Assembly (NCBI GenBank): GCA_038231275.1
Contig: JBBRLQ010000018.1
Location: 1-64,000, forward strand
Length of the DNA stretch: 64,000 nucleotides
Direction of reading: 5' to 3'
DNA from: Polyangiales bacterium
GTDB taxonomy: Bacteria > Myxococcota_A > Polyangia > Polyangiales > Polyangiaceae
The notes under the pieces are model-generated. The model was not told where the DNA came from and did no database searches. It saw nothing but the letters and a program-made list of their open reading frames with translations. The position numbers and the translations under genes were made by a program. Of the stretch, positions 1 through 9,602 are shown in pieces; the first letter of the stretch is position 1, and each line of letters opens with the position of its first letter.

Positions 1-264
1 CACTTTTTCCCAGCGCCACCTTCAGCGAATCGTTTTCGAGCGCGAACTGCGCCGCGAGCTTCTTCAGCTTCGCGTTCTTTTCCTCGAGCCGCCGCTTCTC
101 GCGCGCCTCCGACAGCGTCACGCCGGCGTACCTCGCCTTCCAGCGTGCGAGCGTTTGACTCGTCACGCCGACCTTGCGCCCGACCTCGCTGACCGAGGCG
201 CCCGCCTCGAGCTCGCGCACCGCCGTGACCATCTGCTGCTCCGTGAACTCGCTGGTTCGTCCAT
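1..264 (-). mobile_element. IS3-family (IS407-like) transposase OrfA, degenerate; runs off the window start
   Basis: Minus strand reads RTSEFTEQQMVTAVRELEAGASVSEVGRKVGVTSQTLARWKARYAGVTLSEAREKRRLEEKNAKLKKLAAQFALENDSLKVALGK (HTH plus leucine zipper). It ends in GGAAAAAG, resembling the frameshift site. The ATG at 264 is out of frame with the body. Confidence 0.85.
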
Positions 265-293
265 CCTGCGCTCCTTCTATGAGCGACAGAATC

Positions 294-321
294 GGTGGGC
301 CAAATTGCGGGCGTCAGGTCA
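294..321 (-). repeat. Probable left terminal inverted repeat of the IS3 element
   Basis: Minus strand TGACCTGACGCCCGCAATTTGGCCCACC has a 5'-TG end just upstream of OrfA and abuts an interrupted gene. Confidence 0.6.
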
Positions 322-650
322 AGCGGCAGCAAGGGATCGCGGCGAGCACGATTCCGTACTTCGTTCAGAACGAGTTCATCGACGACGACGTTAACAAGTG
401 GACGACGCTCGCTCGGGAGCGCGCCAGCGTGCGTACGCTCGTCGAAGCGACCGACGGCCATCCAGACACGAGCGCGCGCTTTCGGGACATCTTCCGGCCG
501 CTCGGCCTCGGCGACGAGCTGCGGGCAATAGTTCGAGTCGGCGGCGGGTGCTGGGGCTACATGTGCGTTCATCGCGAGGCCGGTGCTCGGTTCTCCAAGG
601 AGGAGGTCCGATTCATCGAGCGGATCGCCCCCCATGTCGGTGAGGGATTC
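322..650 (+). pseudogene. Internal fragment of a GAF-domain LuxR-type regulator
   Basis: NEFIDDDVNKWTTLAR...SARFRDIFRPLGLGDELRA...[10 protein letters not shown]...FSKEEVRF; no start, no HTH; begins at the IS end. Confidence 0.65.
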
Positions 651-689
651 GCGCCGGCCATCTCGTCGAGAGCGTCGGCGCGTCTCCAT

Positions 690-1206
690 CTGCGAACGAG
701 CACCCACCGACGCGACGGTGCTGGTGCTTGGTGAGAGCGGGACGGGGAAAGAGCTCGTCGTCCGCGCGTTCCACGACAGGAGCCGAAACCGCGACCGACC
801 GCTCCGGGCGATCAACTGCGGTGCGCTGGCGGCGTCGCTGCTCGAGAGCGAGCTCTTCGGGCACGCGAAGGGAGCCTTCACCGGCTCCGTGTCCGCGCGC
901 CGAGGCCTGATCGAGGACGCCGATGGCGGAACGCTCTTCCTCGATGAGGTGGGCGAGCTCCCGACCGAAGTTCAGGTCCGACTGCTACGCGTCCTGCAGG
1001 AGCGCGAAGTCAGGCAGGTCGGTTCGAACGAATCTCGGCGCGTCGACGTGCGCATCGTCGCGGCGACGAATCGCACCCTCACGACCGAAGTGGCGGAGGG
1101 CCGATTTCGCCAAGATTTCGCTCGATACACCTGGACGCGCGCCGATTTGGCCACCCGACATTCACTCGGCCCGAGCTCCCGCCTTTTCGCGTGGAACGCG
1201 TTTTAG
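690..1206 (+). pseudogene. Truncated sigma54-dependent activator AAA+ domain
   Basis: [31 protein letters not shown] and VAATNR are present; homology breaks off after GRFRQD (no LYYRL, no HTH). Confidence 0.8.
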
Positions 1207-1272
1207 GCAAACCGCGCCGTTACTGCTTTCGCGCAGGGCTGGAGCCCCTGTTCACGGGGCTGGAACCGGTGA

Positions 1273-2442
1273 CTACTTGTAAACGGTGACGAGCGGCGCG
1301 CAGACGGCCTGGATCTGATCCATGTAGTTGCCGAGGCGGAGGTTGTAGCCGACGAGGACCTGGTTCGCCGCGCAGTCGTTGCGGAAGAACGTGCCGCCTG
1401 GGAACGTGTTGTAGTTCGTCAGCCCGGTCTGGGTGAAGGCAAAAGTCAGCGTGTTGTCGGCGGCGAAGGTCACCGCGCCGTTGCTGCACTGCATGCCGAG
1501 CCCCTCGACGGCGCTGTCGGAGTGCCCGAGCAGGTAGCTCCCGGCGACGAGGCCGGTGATGCCGCAGTCGAATTCATGGAGCTCGCTGTAGCCGTTGCTT
1601 CCGCCGATGAGCACCGACGGTGCGGGCTGTAGCTGGGTGAGGGTGATGGTGTACGTCGACGCGCCCTGCACGAGCGTCGGCGCCGCGCAGAAGATGCCGA
1701 TGCCCGCCGCGTGGCTCGTCGAGCCGTCGAAATACATCGTCGAGTGCGTTACGAACGAGCCGGGCGGGCACATCGCCGCCGCCGGTCCGCCGCCTGCTCC
1801 TCCCTGCGCCGCGAGGGGTGTCTTCGCGCCGAGCGTCACGTGGTCGGGGCAGCCGTTGTTCAGTTTGCCGTCGCAGTCGTCGTCGGTCGTGTTGAAGCAG
1901 TTCTCGTTGGGCGTCGGATCCACTTCGCCGGTGCACGCGCCGAGCGTCCCCGTGCACGTTTGCACGCCCGGCTTGCAGTTGCCCTGGCCGCTCGTTCCCA
2001 CTGGGCCGCTGTAGCAGGGCTGCGTGACCGCGAGCGGGCGGCAGTACGGCGCGCCCGCTTCGGTGCAATCCATCGCGCCCGCCCCGCACGCGCCCGGGCT
2101 GCCGGTCGCGCACCCCGCGTCGGTCGCCACGCACGGAGCGCTATCCTTTCCGCCACCGGCGTCGGACGCGCCGCCGTCGGTTCCGGGACCGGGGCCGCCA
2201 CTGCTGCCGTCGCCGGTGGGCCCGCCGCTGCTCCCGCTGCTGCCATCGTGCCCCGTTCCGCCGCCGTCGTCGTCGCCGGTGCCGCCCGGATCGACCGCGC
2301 CGTCCACCGCGGGCGCGGTCGCGCAGGCGAAGAGCGCACCGCTCGCGAGCGCACCGATCGCGAGCGCCGCGACGGCTTTTTGGTTTGGGGTGCGCCCCGG
2401 AAGAAGAGAGGTGAAACGCGCCCACGCGAGGAAAGCCGGCAT
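1273..2442 (-). CDS. Cys-rich lipoprotein with a DDDCDG motif and a C-terminal jacalin/beta-prism lectin-like domain
   Basis: LFAC lipobox, Gly/Asp linker, CYSGPVGTSGQGNCKPGVQTC, DDDCDG, GGAGG, and LVGYNLRLGNYMDQIQAVC. Confidence 0.7.
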   Translation of the reverse strand: MPAFLAWARFTSLLPGRTPNQKAVAALAIGALASGALFACATAPAVDGAVDPGGTGDDDGGGTGHDGSSGSSGGPTGDGSSGGPGPGTDGGASDAGGGKDSAPCVATDAGCATGSPGACGAGAMDCTEAGAPYCRPLAVTQPCYSGPVGTSGQGNCKPGVQTCTGTLGACTGEVDPTPNENCFNTTDDDCDGKLNNGCPDHVTLGAKTPLAAQGGAGGGPAAAMCPPGSFVTHSTMYFDGSTSHAAGIGIFCAAPTLVQGASTYTITLTQLQPAPSVLIGGSNGYSELHEFDCGITGLVAGSYLLGHSDSAVEGLGMQCSNGAVTFAADNTLTFAFTQTGLTNYNTFPGGTFFRNDCAANQVLVGYNLRLGNYMDQIQAVCAPLVTVYK

Positions 2443-2647
2443 GATCGTGGCTGTAGCCTAACGCGCGAAACGGCGAACGTCCTGTCTCAGCGCACCAAAT
2501 CTACTCGACACGCACGTTTCGCCACCCGCGCTTCGCGCCCGCCACCCCGCCGCCGACCCACACGTCGTCCGATGCCCGTGACCACCGGCGTGGCTCTCGC
2601 GCGTCTTCGGCGATGGAGGCAGTGGCAAGATCGCCTACCATCGCGCC

Positions 2648-3295
2648 ATGATTCGCGTCCTCATGGTATGCGGCAGCCTCCAGAAGGCCTCGGCAAACCG
2701 CGCGGCTCTGGACACCGCGCGCGCGGCGCTCTCGGCGGCCGGCGCGGAGGTGAGCGCGTTCGACCATCTGGAGTCCATTCCCCCGATGAACTCCGATCGC
2801 GCGGACGATCCCGGCGCCGCGGTAACGGCGTTTCGCGCGCAGATCGCAGCCGCCGACGCCGTGCTGATCGCCGCGCCGGAGTACGCGGGCGGCGTCGCCG
2901 GTGTCATGAAGAACGCGCTCGACTGGATCGTCGGGTCCGGCAACCTGTACGCGAAGCCGGTGGCGCTGCTCAGCGGCGGGACGAGCGGCGGCGTATTTGC
3001 CCGGCGCGATCTGGTGCGCACGCTTTGCTGGCAGGGTGCGCACGTCGTCGCGAGCCTTGGGATCGCGGCGCCGAACACGAAGACGCAGGAGGGCGCAGAC
3101 GGCTCGCGCCGGTTCGCCGATCCGAGCACCGTCGCCCAGATCGAGGCCGTTGCCGCCACGCTCCTCGCGGCGATCGCGCAGATGCCCTCCGCGAGGCTCA
3201 CGGCGATCACGGCGATCGCGCTCGAGGCGGGCGCCCCGCAAGGTCCACTCGCGGACAACATCGCGGCGCAGGACGAAGCGTGGCTGCGTCGTTGA
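2648..3295 (+). CDS. NADPH-dependent FMN reductase
   Basis: GSLQKASAN, ADAVLIAAPEYAGGVAGVMKNALDW, KPVA. Confidence 0.93.
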   Translation: MIRVLMVCGSLQKASANRAALDTARAALSAAGAEVSAFDHLESIPPMNSDRADDPGAAVTAFRAQIAAADAVLIAAPEYAGGVAGVMKNALDWIVGSGNLYAKPVALLSGGTSGGVFARRDLVRTLCWQGAHVVASLGIAAPNTKTQEGADGSRRFADPSTVAQIEAVAATLLAAIAQMPSARLTAITAIALEAGAPQGPLADNIAAQDEAWLRR

Positions 3296-3399
3296 TGCGC
3301 GGGGGGCGGCGATCTTCGGTACGCGCGCCCGCGAACCACGTCGAGCAGCCGCCGAGCACGCGCTCGCCGTCCGCGCGGAGCCCGTCGTGCTCCAGTTCG

Positions 3400-3719
3400 T
3401 TCGTGATCCAGGGCGAAAGCCCGCCGATCGCCGCGGCCGTCTCCTCGGCGAACGCGCGCTCGGCTCGACCCTGGACGCGATATATCCGATCGGGACCATC
3501 TCGATTGCGCGAGCGGCTTGGTACCGCGGCGAGCTCCACGTCTCCTACGTCGATGCCGCCCCCAGCGCTACGTTCAGCGTCGGCGGAGTCGGCTCCAGCG
3601 GGCCTAAGCCTTCGTCGGCCGTTCCGAAAATCACGGACGTCCAGGTCTTGCTCGGCGTCGGCGCGCCCAACTCGGCCGACGTGATCGCGCACTACGACAA
3701 CGTCATCGTGCGCTGCTGA
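3400..3719 (+). pseudogene. C-terminal fragment of a beta-rich secreted-type protein
   Basis: Natural-looking tail (WYRGELHVSY...VLLGV...HYDNVIVRC*) with no credible start. Confidence 0.35.
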
Positions 3720-4045
3720 GCCGGCGCTCGACGATGGCGAACCAGCTGCGCAGCGAGGTCGGCGACTATTTGCAGGCGCAAGAAGAGCAGCGCGATGTAG
3801 AGCACGTTGACGACGAAGGCGACCAGCACCAGCGCTTCGTGGAACCACTCTCGCTGAGTGAAGGCGGCGACGGCCGAGATCACTATCCAAAAAATGTGAA
3901 AACCGAAGTTGAGGCGGACCGGCAGGTGGCTCGCCTTCATGTCGGCGGCCCCGCTGGGCGGGAAGTCGGGCAGCACCAGCGCGGCCATCAGATAGGAGAA
4001 GATGGTCTGCGCGATCACTACGAAGAAGCCTGGGAACCCCCGGGC
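3692..4045 (-). pseudogene. Degraded integral membrane protein fragment
   Basis: FFVVIAQTIFSYLMAALVLPDF...NFGFHIFWIV...REWFHEAL...LYIALLFLRL; N-terminus missing, likely internal deletion. Confidence 0.5.
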
Positions 4046-4188
4046 GTCGGCGCGGTCGGACCGAAATAGAGACTGTCCGACGAAGGGCGTAGCGTCGCCG
4101 GTGCACTTCGAGGTGTCGCAAACCCCCAGCCTCCGTTGGCCGCGGTTGCGGCCGCCCTGACATGCTGCCAGCCGAAAGGACGACGAAG

Positions 4189-4776
4189 ATGGTGCGATTC
4201 CCTACGGAAGCATTGAAGGCCAAAGGTGGCACCCTCGGCGCGGTCCTCTTCGAGAACGCCAAGGCCAATGTCGGTCGGGACGTCTACTGGAAGGTGCACG
4301 TCGAGTTCGAGCCCCTCTGCTACGGGCCGCCGGGGCGCGAGGAGGAGTTCGTCTGCGAAGCGACGTGCGAGTGGCTGCGCCTCGGTCTGCGCGATTGGCG
4401 CGCGCTCGAAGGCGTTAGCGTCGACGGCGGGAGCGAGGTCGCCTCCTCTTTCTACGTCGCGAAGCACGAGGCCGCGATCAAGACGAGCCTTCGCATCACC
4501 GCTCGTCAAGACGCGACCTTCCAGGTCGACATGACGCTCGTCGTCGATTTCCTCGGCTTCTTCGGCGAGGACGCCGACCCGGTGCTGCCGGTCGCGGCAA
4601 GCCTCCGTCTGCCGTTCGAAGGGGTGACGATTCACCGCCCGCTCCTGAAGGCAGCGCCCGGTCGTGAGGACGACGCGCGCGCGCTCCTGACCCTGTTCGT
4701 CGACCTGGCCGCATTCTCGGCGGTGGTCACGCGGACGAACGGCTTCAAGGTGACGACGTTCGTGCTGCCACCTTAG
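4189..4776 (+). CDS. Hypothetical protein
   Basis: ~195 aa ORF with high-GC3 codon usage and globular composition. Confidence 0.7.
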   Translation: MVRFPTEALKAKGGTLGAVLFENAKANVGRDVYWKVHVEFEPLCYGPPGREEEFVCEATCEWLRLGLRDWRALEGVSVDGGSEVASSFYVAKHEAAIKTSLRITARQDATFQVDMTLVVDFLGFFGEDADPVLPVAASLRLPFEGVTIHRPLLKAAPGREDDARALLTLFVDLAAFSAVVTRTNGFKVTTFVLPP

Positions 4777-4798
4777 CGCGCCGGCCTTGACCGGCGCA

Positions 4799-4918
4799 CG
4801 CGTTCTGAACGTACCGGGGGAGCGGCGCTTCGTAGGTTTCGCACGCCTCCGCGGGGAAGGTGGCGAGCTCTCGCGGACGACGCCGAGAGAAGCTCTCGGT
4901 GGGCTTTCGCGGACGGTT
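4799..4918 (-). mobile_element. IS91-like transposase N-terminal remnant (upstream of the Zn-binding domain)
   Basis: RPRKPTE...(GVVRE in a shifted frame)...LATFPAEACETYEAPLPRYVQN matches the recalled N-terminus of IS91-type transposases. Confidence 0.6.
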
Positions 4919-5116
4919 GGCGGGCGCGAGAGCGGCCGCGACGCGCGTGCGAGAGTGCGAACCGTGCCCTGGTTCGACTGCGCGATTCATGGCGTTCCGA
5001 AGAGACGAGGAGTGTGCGGGCGGAGAGGGGTGTCCCGGGGTACGGGGCCTCTCTTTCGACCTCCCGATCCCGTCTCCTCCAGGAGCGGCGCGTGCGAGCC
5101 CAGCGAACGCGCGGAG

Positions 5117-6166
5117 CTACGCGGCGTTGCCCGAGACGGGGGTAACGTCGAGCGCCAGGATCGCGCGATCGCGGCCCGCGCGCTTGGCCTCGTAAAGCGC
5201 GCCGTCGGCCGCCCTCACGAGCGTCTCGACGGACTCGCTGCCCTCCTCCGACAGGACCGCGCCCACGCTGCACGTGATCGGAATCGTCGCGCCTCCCGAG
5301 ACCACGGGCTCCTTCGCGATCGCGCACCGGATGCGCTCGCAGACATGAAGGAGGGGCTCACGGCCGATCTGCGGGAGCACGACCAGGAACTCTTCGCCGC
5401 CGTAACGCCCGACCGCGTCGGTCGGGCGAATGGCTGCGCGGAGGCGCTGCGAGACGACACGGAGCACCTCGTCGCCGGCGGCGTGACCGTGTGCGTCGTT
5501 GATCTGCTTGAAGTGATCGAGGTCGAGGATAGCGATTGCGGTGGACGTGGCGATCGTTCGACCGTGCTCGAGCTCACGCGCGGCGATTTCCTGGATGGCG
5601 CCGCGATTCCATATGCGAGTCAGGACGTCGATTTGCGCCTTCATCTCGAGCTCGCGGTTCGACGCGGCCAGCGTCACTTGCGACTCGGAGAGCGCCGACA
5701 CCTCGAGCTCCTGCTCGGCGAGGGAAGCAAGGTCACGGAGCGCGTCGAGCTCGTCGTCGGTAATGGTCCGCGGCTTGCCGTCGGCGATGCACATGACACC
5801 CACATTTTCGCCCTGAAACTTGAGGGGGACGCCGACGTAGAAGACGAAGGACTCCGCGAACGGGTTGTCCGCTAGGCGCGGGTCGAGGCGCGCATCGGGG
5901 ATGATGCAGACCTCGTCTTTCAGCACCGTATAGTGACAGTAAGAAACAGGGCGGAGGACCTCGAAGCGGTCGAAGCCTTGCACGCTCTTGAGCCAGGCAA
6001 GCTTCTCGCCGACGATGTCGATGATCGCCATCGAAACACCGAACATCCGACACGCGAGGCGCGAGATCTTGTCGAAGCGCTCTTCGGCAGGCGTTCCGAG
6101 GAGGCGCGTCCTCTGGACGGCTGCGAGCCGACGGATCTCGTGGGGGTGGATTGGTGCCGCAGGCAT
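5117..6166 (-). CDS. GAF-GGDEF diguanylate cyclase
   Basis: EERFDKISRLA GAF start, DLDHFKQIND, RPTD I-site, GRYGGEEF. Confidence 0.95.
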   Translation of the reverse strand: MPAAPIHPHEIRRLAAVQRTRLLGTPAEERFDKISRLACRMFGVSMAIIDIVGEKLAWLKSVQGFDRFEVLRPVSYCHYTVLKDEVCIIPDARLDPRLADNPFAESFVFYVGVPLKFQGENVGVMCIADGKPRTITDDELDALRDLASLAEQELEVSALSESQVTLAASNRELEMKAQIDVLTRIWNRGAIQEIAARELEHGRTIATSTAIAILDLDHFKQINDAHGHAAGDEVLRVVSQRLRAAIRPTDAVGRYGGEEFLVVLPQIGREPLLHVCERIRCAIAKEPVVSGGATIPITCSVGAVLSEEGSESVETLVRAADGALYEAKRAGRDRAILALDVTPVSGNAA

Positions 6167-6240
6167 TCACCTCTCCAACGGCTCACGCGGGCGCGCGCGT
6201 AAGGGCGGTTTGCTGACGGCGCGCGGACCGCGCTCGTGGT

Positions 6241-6621
6241 ATCGCCGCACCGAGTCCGACACCGACTCCGGGCCGTACCCTGGAGTTCTCGGCCGGCCCC
6301 GGGACGTACGGCGGCCTCTACCCGAAGGACGCCGAGCTCCTCGCGGTCGTCAACGGCCGCTCGGCGGCGCTGCGGTCGTGCTTCCCGCCGACCGTCACCG
6401 ACGCGTGGAGCGTCCGCGTGCGCGTGACGTTCCAGAAGGACGGCACGCGCGTGCTCTCGCTCTCGACGAACCACGAGGGCTCGCCCGACAGGAGCGCGCT
6501 CGCGAAGTCGCTCGAGGCGTGCCACGAGAACGCGATCAAGGGGTGGCCGTGGCCTTCCAGCGCGGGCATCGAGGGGGTGAACGGCGGGGCGGGGTACATG
6601 ATCATCCTCTCGTCGATGGTG
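6241..6621 (+). pseudogene. Fragment resembling an AgmX/PglI (TonB-C-like) C-terminal domain
   Basis: PT linker, then RSAALRSCF...VRVRVTFQKDG...ACHENAIKGWPWP; in-frame stop upstream, no start. Confidence 0.45.
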
Positions 6622-6693
6622 TGGCGGACGTTCATGCACAACCATCTCGCCGGCACGATCGCAATCGATTTTCTGACCGTGCCGACCGTGACC
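6622..6693 (+). mobile_element. rve integrase-core transposase remnant
   Basis: WRTFMHNHLAGTIAIDFLTVPTVT includes the first catalytic-Asp motif (AxDFxTV). Confidence 0.7.
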
Positions 6694-6707
6694 GCGCGTC
6701 CGCAGAG

Positions 6708-7406
6708 CTATTTGAGGTTCTGCGTGATCGACTGCGCGGTGTCGGAGTTCTTCTTGAGGATGTTCGACAAGGTCGTCATCATCTTCGAGAGGCGATCCAT
6801 CGCCATCTGAAGACGTATCGACTCCGTCTCTCCGAGCTCGGAGAGGGAATCTAGACCGGCCTTCGAGTGGGCGGTGATCTCGTCGAGATCCGACTTGCGG
6901 AGCTTCTCGCCGGCGAGCGCCTTCTCGGCCGCGATGCCTTGGCGCAACGCCTCCTTCGCCTTGTTCACCGCGCGCATGGCCGCCTCGACCGCTCGCAAGT
7001 CGGCGTCGGCGTCCTTCGCGGCCTGAAACATCACGATCCGGACGAGGGCGTCGATGTCGCCGGTGCTCGGTGCCTCCAGGCCGTAGTAGCCGGCCTCGAT
7101 TACACGCGCGCGCGCGGCGGCGCCGAGATCGAAGGGCTTGGTGGCCGCGGTCGTCTTGGCCGTGCGCGCCTGATGCTGGGCCGCCGCGACGTCGAAGATG
7201 AGCACGCGCGCGGTGGCTTCGATCTTCGAGCGCGCCGACGGCTTGATCGCGCCGAAGAGCTTCGCGTGCTGGCCCTCCACCGCCGCAAACGAGGGGGCCT
7301 GAGCGGTCGCACCGCCGGCGCGCGTCGCGGGTGCGGGGGTGTCGGCGAAGAGCGGCGCCGCGATGGTCAACGTCGCGACAACGAGAACGCTCGAAAAAGT
7401 GCGCAT
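6708..7406 (-). CDS. Secreted helical protein with EspA/Bsp22-like segments
   Basis: Signal peptide MRTFSSVLVVATLTIAAPLFA; DIDALVRIVMFQAAKDADADL; C-terminus LQMAMDRLSKMMTTLSNILKKNSDTAQSITQNLK. Confidence 0.7.
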   Translation of the reverse strand: MRTFSSVLVVATLTIAAPLFADTPAPATRAGGATAQAPSFAAVEGQHAKLFGAIKPSARSKIEATARVLIFDVAAAQHQARTAKTTAATKPFDLGAAARARVIEAGYYGLEAPSTGDIDALVRIVMFQAAKDADADLRAVEAAMRAVNKAKEALRQGIAAEKALAGEKLRKSDLDEITAHSKAGLDSLSELGETESIRLQMAMDRLSKMMTTLSNILKKNSDTAQSITQNLK

Positions 7407-7481
7407 TGATGTGGGCCTCCCGGCGCGACGGCCGTCCCTCGTTGGACGGCTCCGCGCCACGGGCATTCTACACCCGTTCGA

Positions 7482-8357
7482 TCAGAGCCAGGCCGTGCCG
7501 CCGCAGGGGATCTCGATGGTGCGCGACGGTGCGATGCCCGTCTTGATGGTGTGCCGGCCGCAGGTGACGACCGTGGACCCGTCTACACGCCGCGGCTTGC
7601 CGTCGACGAGCATGCCGTGAATCGACGGAGGCACGCGCAACACACCGGTCTTCCCGGTCGCCTTCGTCGCAGACGTGCTCACGGTCGACGCTGTGCTCGG
7701 AGTCGGAGTCGGAGTCGGAGTCGGAGTCGGAGTCGGAATCGCGATCGGAGTCGGCGCGAGCTCCGACGTCGAGACGAGGAGCTCCTTCGCGTTCGGCGCC
7801 GCCGTGCGCAGCGGGGTCGTGATGTTCGATACTGCAGCGGCCTTCGCCGCGCTCCGCGAGGAGACCGTGACCGCCGCGGTGAGCGACGCCACGCCGATGA
7901 GCGCCAGCATCGCCGCGGCCGCGACGAGCGCGCCGAGGTGCTTCCGCGTGTCGCTCACGCGAGGAACGAGCACAGTCGAGTCCGCCCGGCGGCGCGACGT
8001 CGGCGGCGCGAGGTCGAGAGCGATCGGCCCGATCGAGCTCGTCGACCGACGGAACGGAGGCATCGATGGCGGCGGCAGCGGACGCGGCGGCGGCAGCGAG
8101 CGCGGCGGCGCGAGCTCGACGACGACGCTCGGCTCCTCGTCATCGTCGACGAGGTCGGCCTCGGACAGCTCTTGCTCCGTGTCGCCAGGACGCGGAACGG
8201 TCGCGTGCTCCTGCGCGTGCGGCTGGACATGCACCTGCAGGGTGCTGTCCGCGTCGCCGAGCTCGATCGGAAACTGCGGCAGGGACGTCGACGACGACAA
8301 CGGCGACGAAGAGGGGTCGGACACGGGTACGCCTTTCGGTGACTGCGTCACGTACAA
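7482..8357 (-). CDS. Single-pass membrane protein with Pro-rich cytoplasmic part, PT linker and PEGA-like C-terminus
   Basis: TM LGALVAAAAMLALIGVASL, (PT)n, TGVLRVPP...VDG...CGRHTIKTG; start uncertain. Confidence 0.7.
   Translation of the reverse strand: MYVTQSPKGVPVSDPSSSPLSSSTSLPQFPIELGDADSTLQVHVQPHAQEHATVPRPGDTEQELSEADLVDDDEEPSVVVELAPPRSLPPPRPLPPPSMPPFRRSTSSIGPIALDLAPPTSRRRADSTVLVPRVSDTRKHLGALVAAAAMLALIGVASLTAAVTVSSRSAAKAAAVSNITTPLRTAAPNAKELLVSTSELAPTPIAIPTPTPTPTPTPTPSTASTVSTSATKATGKTGVLRVPPSIHGMLVDGKPRRVDGSTVVTCGRHTIKTGIAPSRTIEIPCGGTAWL
7697..7738. repeat. (TCGGAG)6 + TCGGAA hexamer tandem repeat encoding a PT linker
   Basis: Read directly from the sequence. Confidence 0.95.
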
Positions 8358-8458
8358 CGGGGCGGCGGCAGTCTTGCTCAGATTCGCTCCGGCACAAGGC
8401 TAACGCTGGAAAACGCTCGCACCTTGTGCGAGGCGGCTCCATCCCTAAATGTGCAAAA

Positions 8459-9460
8459 TCACGGACACTGCGAGCACTTGCAGCAGGGCTCGTCGCAGTC
8501 CTCCGGGAAGTCGTCGCAGTCGGAGTTCACCTGGCCGTTGCACGACGGCGGCAGCGGCTTGCACGTGAGCCCGCTGCAGGTCGCCGAGCCGGCGCAGACG
8601 GAGTTGCCGCAGCAGTTCACGTCGTTGCAGTCGTTGCACGGGCAGCACTCGTCGGCGCCGGGGAAGCCGCCGGTGTGGACGACGTGATCGCCGTCCGGGC
8701 ACGTCTGCGTGTCGCCCGAGCCCTTGGGACAGACGCATCCGGTGTCGAGCGGGCTCTTGCACTGCGACTGGCAGCACGCCGCGTTCGCGCACGCGAGCGT
8801 GAACACATCGAGGCAGCCTGCCCAGCCGTTGCAGTTGTGATCGAGCGCGTCGCAGCAGTTCTCGGTCGCCGGATCGACCTCCCCGACGCACGGGCCCCAC
8901 TCGTTCGACTTGCACGTCTGCACGCCGTCTTTGCAGGTGCCGACGTTCTCGGTCCCCGCCGGGCCGGTGTAGCAAGGCCGCGTCTGGCCGTCGGTCTGGC
9001 AGGCCTTGCAGCTCGGGCTCGTCGCGCACTGCGGATCGACGCAGCCGACCTTGCCGTTGCAGTTCGTGTCGACGTTGCCGATGCAGCTCTCGTACGACGG
9101 GAGCGACATGCCGGTGCACGGCGACCACGACGAGAACTCGCCCTGCTTCATGCAGGTCTGCGTGCCGTCCTTGCAATTGCCGACGCTGCGCGTCTTCGGA
9201 TCGCCGGTGTAGCAGCCACGCGTGGCGCCGGGCGTCGGGCACGAGCAGCCGTCGGTGTCCTGGCTGGTGCCGTTGCAGTCGTGGACGTTGTTGCCGCCGC
9301 CGTCGGCGGTGGGCACGAACACAGGACCGCCTTCGCCGTTTTGCGTCGTCGCGTCACCGCCGCCGCCGCCAAGACCGGCGTCGTCCGGCGTGAAACCGTT
9401 CTTGCCCGACGAGCCGCAGCCGACGGCGACGAAGAGTAGCATCCAGGCGAACCGCTTCAT
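8459..9460 (-). CDS. Cys-rich lipoprotein
   Basis: GGAGGAG RBS; AVGC lipobox; two CYTG...VGxCKDGxQTC repeats; DxNCNG motifs. Confidence 0.85.
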   Translation of the reverse strand: MKRFAWMLLFVAVGCGSSGKNGFTPDDAGLGGGGGDATTQNGEGGPVFVPTADGGGNNVHDCNGTSQDTDGCSCPTPGATRGCYTGDPKTRSVGNCKDGTQTCMKQGEFSSWSPCTGMSLPSYESCIGNVDTNCNGKVGCVDPQCATSPSCKACQTDGQTRPCYTGPAGTENVGTCKDGVQTCKSNEWGPCVGEVDPATENCCDALDHNCNGWAGCLDVFTLACANAACCQSQCKSPLDTGCVCPKGSGDTQTCPDGDHVVHTGGFPGADECCPCNDCNDVNCCGNSVCAGSATCSGLTCKPLPPSCNGQVNSDCDDFPEDCDEPCCKCSQCP

Positions 9461-9602
9461 GAAGCTCCTCCGTTCGGGGAATAGCTCGCGACGCGTCGCG
9501 TGCCAGCACGGAGCTTACCCGAGAGGAACATGAGACGGGGAATGGCCGCTGCCGCTGGATTCCTGCGTGTCTCCTGGATGCGACACGGGGCGCGACACGC
9601 CC

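Noticed and set aside
9505..9520. Possible sigma54 box GGGTAAGCTCCGTGCT upstream of the Cys-rich lipoprotein
   Set aside because: The -24 element is too poor; likely a chance match in GC-rich DNA.
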